DNA of 64,000 nt from Candidatus Omnitrophota bacterium. GTDB taxonomy: Bacteria > Omnitrophota > Gorgyraeia > Gygaellales > Profunditerraquicolaceae. The position numbers were made by a program, and so were the translations under genes. The notes beneath the pieces are model-generated. The model had not been told where the DNA came from, did no database searches, and was given only the letters and a program-made list of their open reading frames with translations. Below are positions 19,709-27,503 of this stretch, in pieces. The stretch is from contig JALOQJ010000005.1 of NCBI GenBank assembly GCA_025453445.1, positions 136 through 64,135 of the forward strand. The letters run 5' to 3'. Position 1 is the stretch's first letter. Each line of letters begins with the position of its first letter.

Positions 19709-20081
19709 CGGGCATTTATCCTTAGGAAAGAGCGGTGAAGATATAGCAGTGGATTTTTTAAAGGACAACGGCTATAAAATTATAGCCAGGAATTATAAGA
19801 TCAAGCTAGGCGAGATTGATATTATTGCTGAAGATAAAGGTACCCTCTGTTTTGTGGAGGTGAAAACCAGAAGCTCTGATAAATTCGGGCTGCCTGTTGA
19901 GGCAGTTAAAAAAGCAAAACAACAACAGATCTCCCGGGTTGCCCTTATGTACCTGAAGGACAAAAGTTTATTTGATAAAAAATCCCGTTTTGATGTTGTT
20001 TCAATTATAAATTCAGCTGAAACACAGAAAATAGATTTAATTAAAGACGCCTTTGAATTAAGCCATCAATATGGCTACTAA
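19701..20081 (+). CDS. yraN: UPF0102 family endonuclease YraN
   Basis: Size and the ...CFVEVKTR motif are typical of the YraN family, and it follows rnhB as in many genomes. Confidence 0.75.
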   Translation: MSDGHLSLGKSGEDIAVDFLKDNGYKIIARNYKIKLGEIDIIAEDKGTLCFVEVKTRSSDKFGLPVEAVKKAKQQQISRVALMYLKDKSLFDKKSRFDVVSIINSAETQKIDLIKDAFELSHQYGY

Positions 20082-20102
20082 AAATTCTTTAGGAGAGCAT
20101 AG

Positions 20103-20663
20103 ATGTATAAAGAAGCTACTTTAAAAAAATACCTTGATGATTTGGCGGCTAAATTGCCTGCTCCCGGAGGCGGATCAGCTGCAGCAATGAATGCGGCAAT
20201 GGGTGTGGCTTTAGTGAGCATGGTGGTGAATTTTACTTTAGGTAAGCCAAAATACGCCCAATATGACACAGAGTTAAAGCATATCCTTAAAAGGGCGGAA
20301 GATCTTAGGAAAGAATTCTTACATTTAGTAGATTTAGATGTTACGGCGTACAAAAGTAAAAATATGCGCGATGCTTTGAATGTACCGTTTATGCTTGCCC
20401 GGCTCAGCTTTGAGGCAATAAAATTATGCCCTGTCTTGATTAAAAAAGGCAATATTAATTTGATTAGCGATGTGGTAGTAGCGGCGATTTTCTTAGAGTC
20501 AGCTTTTACCAGTGCCTATTGTAATGTGGATATAAACTTAAAAATTTTAGATGATAAAAAGCTTGCTTCTGTCATTAGGAAAGAATTAAGCGCGAAAGAA
20601 AAAAGAATCAAAAAAATCAGAAAACTCGTGGAGGAGAAAGTTGGCAAAATTATTAGAGGGTAA
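20103..20663 (+). CDS. Cyclodeaminase/cyclohydrolase family protein (FTCD C-terminal domain; methenyl-THF cyclohydrolase-like)
   Basis: The LPAPGGGSAAAMNAAMGVALVSMVVNFTLGK motif is characteristic of the FTCD_C / FchA family. Confidence 0.7.
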   Translation: MYKEATLKKYLDDLAAKLPAPGGGSAAAMNAAMGVALVSMVVNFTLGKPKYAQYDTELKHILKRAEDLRKEFLHLVDLDVTAYKSKNMRDALNVPFMLARLSFEAIKLCPVLIKKGNINLISDVVVAAIFLESAFTSAYCNVDINLKILDDKKLASVIRKELSAKEKRIKKIRKLVEEKVGKIIRG

Positions 20664-21483
20664 ACCGCTTGCGGAAAAAATTAAAGAAGAGATAAAAGCA
20701 CAAATTCAGGCATTGGGGATTAAGCCTGTTTTGGCTAGTGTTTTAGTAGGCGAGAATGCCGGTGCTGAAGCCTATGTCAAATCACAAAGCAAAGCCGCAG
20801 AAAATTTAGGGATTGTTTATCAATTTCATAAGCTTGATGCAGCTACAACGGAAGTTGCCTTAATTGAATTTATCAAGAAACTAAATAGCGATAAAAATGT
20901 TAACGGCATTATTATTCAGATGCCGCTTCCAGCGCAAATAGATTATAAAAAAATCTCTCAATTTATTTCTGCGGAAAAAGATGTTGAAGGCATGCATCCG
21001 GCAAATATAGGTAAAATAGTATTCGGTAAGGCGAAGATTCTACCCTGTACGCCGGCGGCAGTAATGGAGCTTTTAAATAGCACGGGCGTTGATTTATACG
21101 GTAAAGAGGTAGTGATTGTCGGCCATAGCGAAATTGTAGGCAAGCCTTTAGCGCTTTTGTTGCTTGAAAAATTTGCTACTGTTACAGTAGCTCATATCGG
21201 TACCAGCAAAGCTGGCAAATTAGAAGAGCATATTAAGAAAGCTGAAGTATTAATTGTGGCAGTGGGTAAGGCGGGGTTAATCAAAGGTGATTTAGTTAAA
21301 GAAGGCGCAATTGTCATTGATGTTGGGATCAATAGGGTGGATGGTAAGATTGTCGGCGATGTGGAGTTTGAAGCGGCAGAGAAGAAAGCAAGCTACATTA
21401 CACCTGTTCCCGGCGGTGTCGGTCCACTGACTGTAACTATGTTAATGCGTAATTTAGTCGAAGCTGCGAAATTACAAAAATAA
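20641..21483 (+). CDS. folD: Bifunctional methylene-THF dehydrogenase / methenyl-THF cyclohydrolase
   Basis: Length is 280 aa. The FolD motifs VGxxxxSxxYxxxK, PGGVGP and TVTxxH-like are present. Confidence 0.95.
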   Translation: MAKLLEGKPLAEKIKEEIKAQIQALGIKPVLASVLVGENAGAEAYVKSQSKAAENLGIVYQFHKLDAATTEVALIEFIKKLNSDKNVNGIIIQMPLPAQIDYKKISQFISAEKDVEGMHPANIGKIVFGKAKILPCTPAAVMELLNSTGVDLYGKEVVIVGHSEIVGKPLALLLLEKFATVTVAHIGTSKAGKLEEHIKKAEVLIVAVGKAGLIKGDLVKEGAIVIDVGINRVDGKIVGDVEFEAAEKKASYITPVPGGVGPLTVTMLMRNLVEAAKLQK

Positions 21484-21753
21484 GTTCTTTGGATTTTTTC
21501 CGTGTGTCTTGTCTGTGTTTTTTCGGGTAGTTTACGAGGGGGCGGGTCCTGTCGAGGCATATTTCTTGCAGGAACGCACGATTTTCCCCGGCGTGGAAAA
21601 TCGCGCTCGGCTCCTCGGCCTCGCTCGTCCCAGACAAGATTAGTGCGGGGGACACCGTGCCCGCTCGGCCTGCGGACGTCCTGCTCGAATCGCGCCTCGT
21701 CAATCCGCTTCGACAGGATAGAAGTCGCGCTCAAAACCGGCCAAGTCACCCGC
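21484..21753 (+). repeat. Family-2 GC-rich structured element, copy A
   Basis: Roughly 95% identical to 22851..23120. It starts immediately after the folD stop codon. Its left end carries the reverse complement of the 21-nt motif at 21500-21521. It contains the hairpin cgattttcc-acgccgg-ggaaaatcg. Confidence 0.85.
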
Positions 21754-21769
21754 TAAGACTGGTTTAAAT

Positions 21770-22345
21770 ATGAAAAATAAAAATGTCTATATAATCGCAG
21801 GGCCGAATGGATCGGGTAAGACAACCTTTGCAAGGATGTTTTTGCCTGATTATGTAAGTTGCCCAAATTTTGTAAATGCCGATCTTATTGCTCAAGGGCT
21901 GGCTCCTTTTGAGCCGCGCAGCGCGGCGATTAAAGCGGGTAAACTTGTTTTGCAGCAAATTCATGAATTTGCCGGGCGTAATGTTGATTTTTCTTTTGAA
22001 ACAACTCTATCCGGTAAATCTTACGCGAATTTACTAAGTGAATTAAAACTAAAAGGCTATGCAGTATATCTTTTTTTTCTTTGGATTCCCAATACGGAGT
22101 TAGCAATAGCCCGAATTAAAGACAGAGTTAAGGAAGGCGGACATAATGTACCGGCTGAAGATGTTAGGCGGCGTTTCCGTCGTGGTCTCAATAATTTTTT
22201 CAAATTATATGAGCCGTTGCTTGATTCGTGGATGCTGTTTGATAATTCTCAGGCTAAGCCGGTCTTGATAGCAAAAAGGCGTAATGGCCACATGGAAATA
22301 ATAAATGAAAAATTATTTGAAGCAATTCAGGAATCTTTGAGGTGA
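21770..22345 (+). CDS. Zeta-toxin/AAA_33-like P-loop kinase (COG4185-like), candidate toxin
   Basis: MKNKNVYIIAGPNGSGKTTFARMF Walker A near the N-terminus and a roughly 190-aa zeta-like fold. Confidence 0.7.
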   Translation: MKNKNVYIIAGPNGSGKTTFARMFLPDYVSCPNFVNADLIAQGLAPFEPRSAAIKAGKLVLQQIHEFAGRNVDFSFETTLSGKSYANLLSELKLKGYAVYLFFLWIPNTELAIARIKDRVKEGGHNVPAEDVRRRFRRGLNNFFKLYEPLLDSWMLFDNSQAKPVLIAKRRNGHMEIINEKLFEAIQESLR

Positions 22346-22348
22346 TGT

Positions 22349-22501
22349 ATGAAAAAAAGAATGTCCGTAGAAGATAAGGCTGAAGCAGCGCTGAAGGCAG
22401 CGGTAAGAAAAGTTGTAGAAGAGCATAAGAAGACCGGCCGGCCTTTAGCAATATGGGAGAATGGTAGGGTTATGCAAATTTCTCCGTATAAGATAAAGTA
22501 G
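22349..22501 (+). CDS. Small basic 50-aa protein (MKKRMSVEDKAEAALKAAVRKVVEEHKKTGRPLAIWENGRVMQISPYKIK), candidate partner or antitoxin
   Basis: Not in the ORF table because it is under 60 aa. A GAGGTGA RBS lies 5 nt upstream, and the ATG is 4 nt after the kinase stop. Confidence 0.45.
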   Translation: MKKRMSVEDKAEAALKAAVRKVVEEHKKTGRPLAIWENGRVMQISPYKIK

Positions 22502-22519
22502 GTGTTAAGTTATAGATAG

Positions 22520-22849
22520 ATGAAAACAATTGTTCTTTTGACTATATCAAATGTGTTTATGACTTTTGCCTGGTATGGGCATCTGAAGTTTAAAAATTCG
22601 CCGCTCTGGATTGTAGTTTTAATCAGCTGGGGCATTGCTTTTGCCGAGTATTGTTTTCAGGTGCCGGCAAACCGTATCGGCTCTTATAAATTTAGCGCGG
22701 CACAGTTAAAGACAATTCAGGAAATAATTACTCTTGTAGTATTTGCAGTATTTTCTGTGCTCTATCTTAAAGAAGAATTCAAATGGAATTATGCTGTAGG
22801 TTTCTTGTGTATCTTACTAGCGGTGTTTTTTATATTTAAGAAGTGGTAG
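22520..22849 (+). CDS. DUF486/DMT-superfamily small membrane protein
   Basis: 109 aa with four predicted TM helices and a pattern resembling DUF486. Confidence 0.6.
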   Translation: MKTIVLLTISNVFMTFAWYGHLKFKNSPLWIVVLISWGIAFAEYCFQVPANRIGSYKFSAAQLKTIQEIITLVVFAVFSVLYLKEEFKWNYAVGFLCILLAVFFIFKKW

Positions 22850-22850
22850 A

Positions 22851-23120
22851 GTTCTTTGGATTTTTTCCGTGTGTCTTGTCTGTGTTTTTGCGGGTAGTTT
22901 ACGAATGGGCGGGTCCTGTCGAGGCATATTTCTCGCAGGAACGCACGATTTTCCCCGGCGTGGAAAATCGCGCTCGGCTCCTCGGCCTCGCTCGTCCTCT
23001 AAAGTTTATTTAGGGAGGACACCGTGCCCGCTCGGCCTGCGGACGTCCTGCTCGAATCGCGCCTCGTCAACCCGCTTCGACAGGATAGAAGCCGCGCTCA
23101 AAACCGGCCAAGCCACCCGC
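22851..23120 (+). repeat. Family-2 GC-rich structured element, copy B
   Basis: Near-identical to copy A except for an 18-nt equal-length substitution block (cagacaagattagtgcgg versus tctaaagtttatttaggg). It starts 1 nt after the stop of the upstream gene and carries the motif reverse complement at 22866-22887. Confidence 0.85.
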
Positions 23121-23184
23121 GAGAAATGAACTATTTTAGATAAGTACTCAACCAAAATAGCAAATTTGATCAAAGAGGGATAAA

Positions 23185-23688
23185 ATGGAAATCGAAGTTA
23201 TTAAGATAATCGTTTATCCGGTATTAGTTACTTTTCTTACGATAACGATAGCTAAATTTCATTTTGAAAAAGATAGAAAAGTAGAATATCTTAGGGCTAA
23301 AGATAAAGTAGCGATAGATTTAATAAGGTGTCTTTGTAATATGCTTACTCACATGTGGGAAATGGTGAATATCGATCGCTGGGTGGCTAATGGTAATTCT
23401 AATCCAGATCTTCCTCAGAAACGACTACAAGCTAGAAATAATTTTTACCAATCTAGGAATGATACTACTATCTTATTAGGACTTATGGGGTTGTATTACG
23501 GTACTAAAATAGTGGATAGGATATCCCAGCTTATATCTGATTTAAACGATATGGTGAATAGTAATAATTTTTCCGCTTTTGATAAGTGGGATAATTTTAG
23601 AAGAAAAAAGTTGTTACCCATTCTAAATAAAGTTCATAAGGAATTAAAGTATACCGTATTTGATAGACCGTTTTGGGATTTAGGTTAG
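23185..23688 (+). CDS. Hypothetical membrane-anchored protein, very AT-rich gene
   Basis: N-terminal TM helix (IIVYPVLVTFLTITIA). Codon usage is far more AT-rich than in neighbouring genes. Confidence 0.5.
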   Translation: MEIEVIKIIVYPVLVTFLTITIAKFHFEKDRKVEYLRAKDKVAIDLIRCLCNMLTHMWEMVNIDRWVANGNSNPDLPQKRLQARNNFYQSRNDTTILLGLMGLYYGTKIVDRISQLISDLNDMVNSNNFSAFDKWDNFRRKKLLPILNKVHKELKYTVFDRPFWDLG

Positions 23689-23708
23689 AGTAGTTTTGGT
23701 GTTTGATA

Positions 23709-23937
23709 AATGAATCTGGAGCGTTTTCGAGCGAATGTCGATTTTAGGCAAAGCATGCTCGAGTATTTTTGGAAATTCCGATGCCCCGCGAATGCGGGGC
23801 AATATCGGAACGGCGATGCTGTTCGAGGAGCATTTGCTAGAGCAAATGCGACGAGTTCAGCAGCCGCCAAAAATACGAGAGACCTTTGCCGGCCCGCCGA
23901 AGGCGAGGCAAAATCGACTCTGAGCGAGAAAACCGAC
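23709..23937 (+). repeat. Family-1 GC-rich structured element, copy 2
   Basis: It has the same AATGAATCTG...CAGATTCATT ends and the same hairpins as copy 1, with compensatory changes: gcatttgc-taga-gcaaatgc, and cgcc-gaa-ggcg. Confidence 0.8.
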
Positions 23938-23944
23938 AGATTCA

Positions 23945-23968
23945 TTAAAGCGTAAATACACAGACAAG
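23945..23968 (+). repeat. 21-nt motif copy (aaatacacagacaagacaaacgcg)
   Basis: Located 7 nt after family-1 copy 2 and 29 nt before the metF TTG start. Confidence 0.75.
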
Positions 23969-23996
23969 ACAAACGCGAAACAGTAAGGAGTGAAAA

Positions 23997-24866
23997 TTGA
24001 ATTTTAAAGAGAAGATACAGACTGGGAAATTTGTGGTGACGTCCGAGATTGGCCCGCCTAAGGGGGTTGAGACAAAGACTCTTTTGGAGGATGCGGAATT
24101 AATTAGGGGCAAGGTTGATGGGATTAATGTTACTGATTTACAAAGCTCAGTAATGCGCTTAGGTTCACTTGCTGTTTGCGCCTTGTTGAAACAAGGTGGC
24201 TTTGAGCCGATATTCCAGTTAACTTGCCGTGATAGGAATCGCCTTGCTTTACAGTCAGATGTTTTATCAGCTGCAGCACTCGGGATTGAAAATCTCTTAC
24301 TTCTTACTGGCGATCATCCGGCAATGGGCGATCACCCGGAAGCAAAGCCGGTTTTTGACCTTGATTCAGTGCAATTATTGCAGGTAGTAAAGAAGCTGCA
24401 GGAAGGCGCTGACATGAAGGGTAATAAATTAATTGGCGAGCCGCCGAAATTCTGCATGGGCGCTGTGGTTAATCCCGGAGCAGACCCATTGGAGCCGCAA
24501 ATAATAAAGATGGAGAAAAAAATTGCTGCTGGTGCGGAATTTTTCCAGACACAGGCAGTTTATGACATAAAAACTTTCGAGAACTTTTTAAATAAAACCA
24601 AGCATTTAAAAACTACGGTTATGGCAGGTATAGTTTTATTAAAATCCGCAGGTATGGCGCGCTACATGAATAAGAATGTCGCCGGAGTATTTGTGCCGGA
24701 TAATTTAATCAAGGAGATGGAAGAGACAAAAGACAAACAAGCTAAGTCTGTGGAAATTGCTGCGCGCTTAATCAAAGAATTAAAGCCAATGTGTCAGGGG
24801 ATTCATATTATGCCTATCGGCTGGGATAAGGTTGTACCGAGAGTTTTAGAGGCAGGTGGATTATAA
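23997..24866 (+). CDS. metF: Methylenetetrahydrofolate reductase (MetF-like)
   Basis: TTG start with an AAGGAG RBS. VTSEIGPPKG and the TIM-barrel MTHFR pattern are present. Confidence 0.8.
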   Translation: MNFKEKIQTGKFVVTSEIGPPKGVETKTLLEDAELIRGKVDGINVTDLQSSVMRLGSLAVCALLKQGGFEPIFQLTCRDRNRLALQSDVLSAAALGIENLLLLTGDHPAMGDHPEAKPVFDLDSVQLLQVVKKLQEGADMKGNKLIGEPPKFCMGAVVNPGADPLEPQIIKMEKKIAAGAEFFQTQAVYDIKTFENFLNKTKHLKTTVMAGIVLLKSAGMARYMNKNVAGVFVPDNLIKEMEETKDKQAKSVEIAARLIKELKPMCQGIHIMPIGWDKVVPRVLEAGGL

Positions 24867-24868
24867 CA

Positions 24869-27454
24869 ATGGGTAATTTGCCTCAGATCCCGGGTGCCAA
24901 GAAAAAAGGCGTAATATTAATTGATACTAAGGATGACTTAAGTAAATTAGAAGGCCAGCTCATTTTTGATACTGTCTGTATCGATGGACCGGAACAATTT
25001 TCTTTTAATTTAGCCAAGTCTCTGAAAGAAAAGTATAAAGTCGGGGTTAAGGTTGTAACTAAGGATGCTTTTACCGGCGAGTTACCCGGCGATATCGAGG
25101 CAATAAATAGCCCGATACAGGAAATCGTCGGTGAGGGCAAAGCAGAAGCAGTAAAATTTAAAAACGGAAAAGCTGTTGGTATAAGTCTGGTTTTATTTAT
25201 TAATCAGGAATTGACGACTGGCGCGGATCAAAATTGCGCCAGTGTTGCCTCTGTAGGCAAAGGAGATAATATGTCAGATGTCCTTATTCAATTAGGCACC
25301 AAAGGAAGCGAAGCAGTATTAAATCTCACCCGTGGCGCGCTGGAAAAAGCAATTAAAGAAAAAGGCACCGGGCAAGCAGTTAGTTTTCCCGAGACAAATT
25401 ATTTTTTCCCTCTGATTAATGCTTTATTAAAAATTGAAGTAAAAAATCTAGGCGACTGCCTTGAAGTTTTAAAGCAAGCCGAGGGTTTAAATAAAAATCA
25501 GGCAGCTGTTAATGGTTTTAATTTAGCTGCCCTAGGTGGAATATTAAATAAAGGTATTGCAACTTTGCTTTGTGAAGAAATACTAGCGGTTTTGGCCTGT
25601 GCTGATAAAACACATCCTCAAGAGGGTTATGCTGGATTTCTTTCCGATACTTTATTGCGGTCGTTGGGTATCCAGCTGGTCGATGGCAGAATCGCCGGGA
25701 TTGCTGTAATTTTAGGCCCGGCAAAAGATGAAGATGCAGCAGTGCAATTGGTAAGGGATTTTCAGAGCAGGAGTATTGTCAGCCTGCTGGTGGGTAATGT
25801 TGCTGGCAATACTTTTAAAAAGCAGCTGGAAAATAAAAAAATCGAGATGGGCCTTGAGAATTATATCGTGCCTTTAGGCGAAGATTACCTCTCGGCGATT
25901 TATGCGGCAAACTGGGCAGTGAGAGCGCCGTTAATGTACGGCGGGCTGAAGAGCGGCCAATGGCAGAATATTTTAAATTATACCAAAGACAAAGTTCCGG
26001 CATTCATCGTGTTGCTAACTCACGTTGATGAAGTAATTGTGGCCACTGGTTTGGGCGTATTAGCCATGGGTTTCCCGATTATTACTGATTTAGAAGTGCC
26101 TCAGTTGGGAAAAATCGATACTACTTTGTATGAAGCATTGGTTACGGAAAAAGATTACAAAAAATTAGCCGGTAAATGTATTGAAGTAAGGGGCCTGAAA
26201 GTCAAAATTGCCCAGATTCCTGTGCCTGTGCCCTATGCTGCGGCATTTGAAGGAGAACGGGTAAGGCGGGAAAATTTACATATCGAATTCGGCGGTAAAG
26301 CAAGCCAGGCATTTGAGTTTCTCACCACTAAGCAATTAAATGAAATTGAAGACGGCAAAGTGGAATTAATCGGCCCGGATATCGACCAGCTTGAGCAGGG
26401 CAGCAGGTCTATGCCTTTGGCAATTATTGTAGAAGTTGCCGGACGTAAAATGCAGAAAGATTTTGAGCCGATTTTGGAACGCCAGATTCACCGTTTTACA
26501 AATTATGCCATGGGCCTGATGCATGTAGGACAACGCGATATGAACTGGATCAGGATTTCCAAAGACGCTTTTAATAAAGGCTTCCGGATTAAGCATATAG
26601 GGGTAATTCTGCATGCTATGTTACATCAGGAATATAGTGCCATAGTTGATAAGGTACAGGTAAAGCTTTACACAAAACAAGCTGACGTAGAAAAATTATT
26701 GCCGCAAGCAATGAAATCCTATGCTGAACGCGATGAGCGTTTAAGCGGAATGACTGATGAAAGTGTGGATACTTTTTATTCCTGCCTTTTATGCCAGAGT
26801 TTCGCTCCGAACCATATTTGTATGATTACGCCTGAGCGCTTGGGTTTGTGCGGCGCTTATTCATGGCTTGATGGTAAAGCATCGTATGAAATTATGCCTA
26901 CCGGGCCGAATCAGCCGGTTGCTAAAGGTGTAGCAATCGACAAAAATAAAGGCGAGTGGAAAAATATCAATGATTTTGTTTTTGCCAAATCTAATAAAAC
27001 TATCGAGAAAGTAAATATGTATTCGTTGATGGATGCGCCGCAATCATCATGCGGTTGTTTTGAATGCATTGTGGCAATCATCCCGGAAGCAAACGGGGTA
27101 ATGGTTGTGCATCGTGATTATTCAGGGATGACACCCAGCGGTATGACTTTTACTACACTTGCCGGATCAGTCGGCGGAGGAGTGCAGACTCCGGGATTTT
27201 TAGGCGTGGGGAAACTTTATATTGCCAGTAAGAAATTTATCTCTGCAGAAGGCGGTTTAAAAAGGCTGGTCTGGATGCCTAAAGAATTAAAGGAGTTATT
27301 AGGGGATAAGCTTACAAAACGCGCAGAAGAGCTGGGTGTGCCGGACTTGCTTGAGAAAATTGCCGATGAAACCAAGGCTAATACTTCCGAAGAGCTGTTA
27401 AATTTTCTGCAGCAGGTAAAGCATCCGGCTTTAGAGATGGAGCCTTTAATTTAA
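24869..27454 (+). CDS. acsB: Acetyl-CoA synthase catalytic subunit (AcsB/CdhC-like) with a roughly 130-150-aa N-terminal extension
   Basis: A-cluster region motifs CLLCQSFAPNHICMITPERLGLCGA, SCGCFEC, VWMPKELK and a C-terminal KIADET...HPALEMEPLI. The C-terminal two-thirds aligns well with acetogen AcsB as I remember it. Confidence 0.85.
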   Translation: MGNLPQIPGAKKKGVILIDTKDDLSKLEGQLIFDTVCIDGPEQFSFNLAKSLKEKYKVGVKVVTKDAFTGELPGDIEAINSPIQEIVGEGKAEAVKFKNGKAVGISLVLFINQELTTGADQNCASVASVGKGDNMSDVLIQLGTKGSEAVLNLTRGALEKAIKEKGTGQAVSFPETNYFFPLINALLKIEVKNLGDCLEVLKQAEGLNKNQAAVNGFNLAALGGILNKGIATLLCEEILAVLACADKTHPQEGYAGFLSDTLLRSLGIQLVDGRIAGIAVILGPAKDEDAAVQLVRDFQSRSIVSLLVGNVAGNTFKKQLENKKIEMGLENYIVPLGEDYLSAIYAANWAVRAPLMYGGLKSGQWQNILNYTKDKVPAFIVLLTHVDEVIVATGLGVLAMGFPIITDLEVPQLGKIDTTLYEALVTEKDYKKLAGKCIEVRGLKVKIAQIPVPVPYAAAFEGERVRRENLHIEFGGKASQAFEFLTTKQLNEIEDGKVELIGPDIDQLEQGSRSMPLAIIVEVAGRKMQKDFEPILERQIHRFTNYAMGLMHVGQRDMNWIRISKDAFNKGFRIKHIGVILHAMLHQEYSAIVDKVQVKLYTKQADVEKLLPQAMKSYAERDERLSGMTDESVDTFYSCLLCQSFAPNHICMITPERLGLCGAYSWLDGKASYEIMPTGPNQPVAKGVAIDKNKGEWKNINDFVFAKSNKTIEKVNMYSLMDAPQSSCGCFECIVAIIPEANGVMVVHRDYSGMTPSGMTFTTLAGSVGGGVQTPGFLGVGKLYIASKKFISAEGGLKRLVWMPKELKELLGDKLTKRAEELGVPDLLEKIADETKANTSEELLNFLQQVKHPALEMEPLI

Positions 27455-27466
27455 CAACTTTTTTGC

Positions 27467-27494
27467 TTGACGAGAGGGCTTTGTGAGGTATAAT
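27467..27494 (+). promoter_or_regulatory. Sigma70-like promoter (ttgacg-N16-tataat)
   Basis: Read from the sequence. The -10 box ends 9 nt before the ATG at 27504, which suggests a leaderless or short-leader transcript. Confidence 0.45.
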
Positions 27495-27503
27495 AAAACA
27501 GAA

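Noticed and set aside
21484-23120. Family-2 elements as integron attC sites
   Set aside because: At about 270 nt they are longer than attC sites (about 60-140 nt). They lack the GTTRRRY / RYYYAAC core pair. No intI integrase is in the window. I keep only the analogy in cassette organisation.
21393-23129. Arg/Cys-rich ORFs 21502-21756 and 22869-23129 (MCLVCVF...), plus the - strand ORFs inside family-2 elements
   Set aside because: The two copies are near-identical at the DNA level, so frame conservation is trivial. The N-terminus is Cys/Arg-rich nonsense typical of GC-rich non-coding DNA, and there is no RBS. I treat them as structured-repeat sequence.
23685-23972. ORFs 23685-23972(-), 23710-23955(+) and 23735-23923(+) inside family-1 copy 2
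   Set aside because: Same reasoning as for copy 1. The + strand frame shifts relative to copy 1 after AGP, so no protein is conserved.
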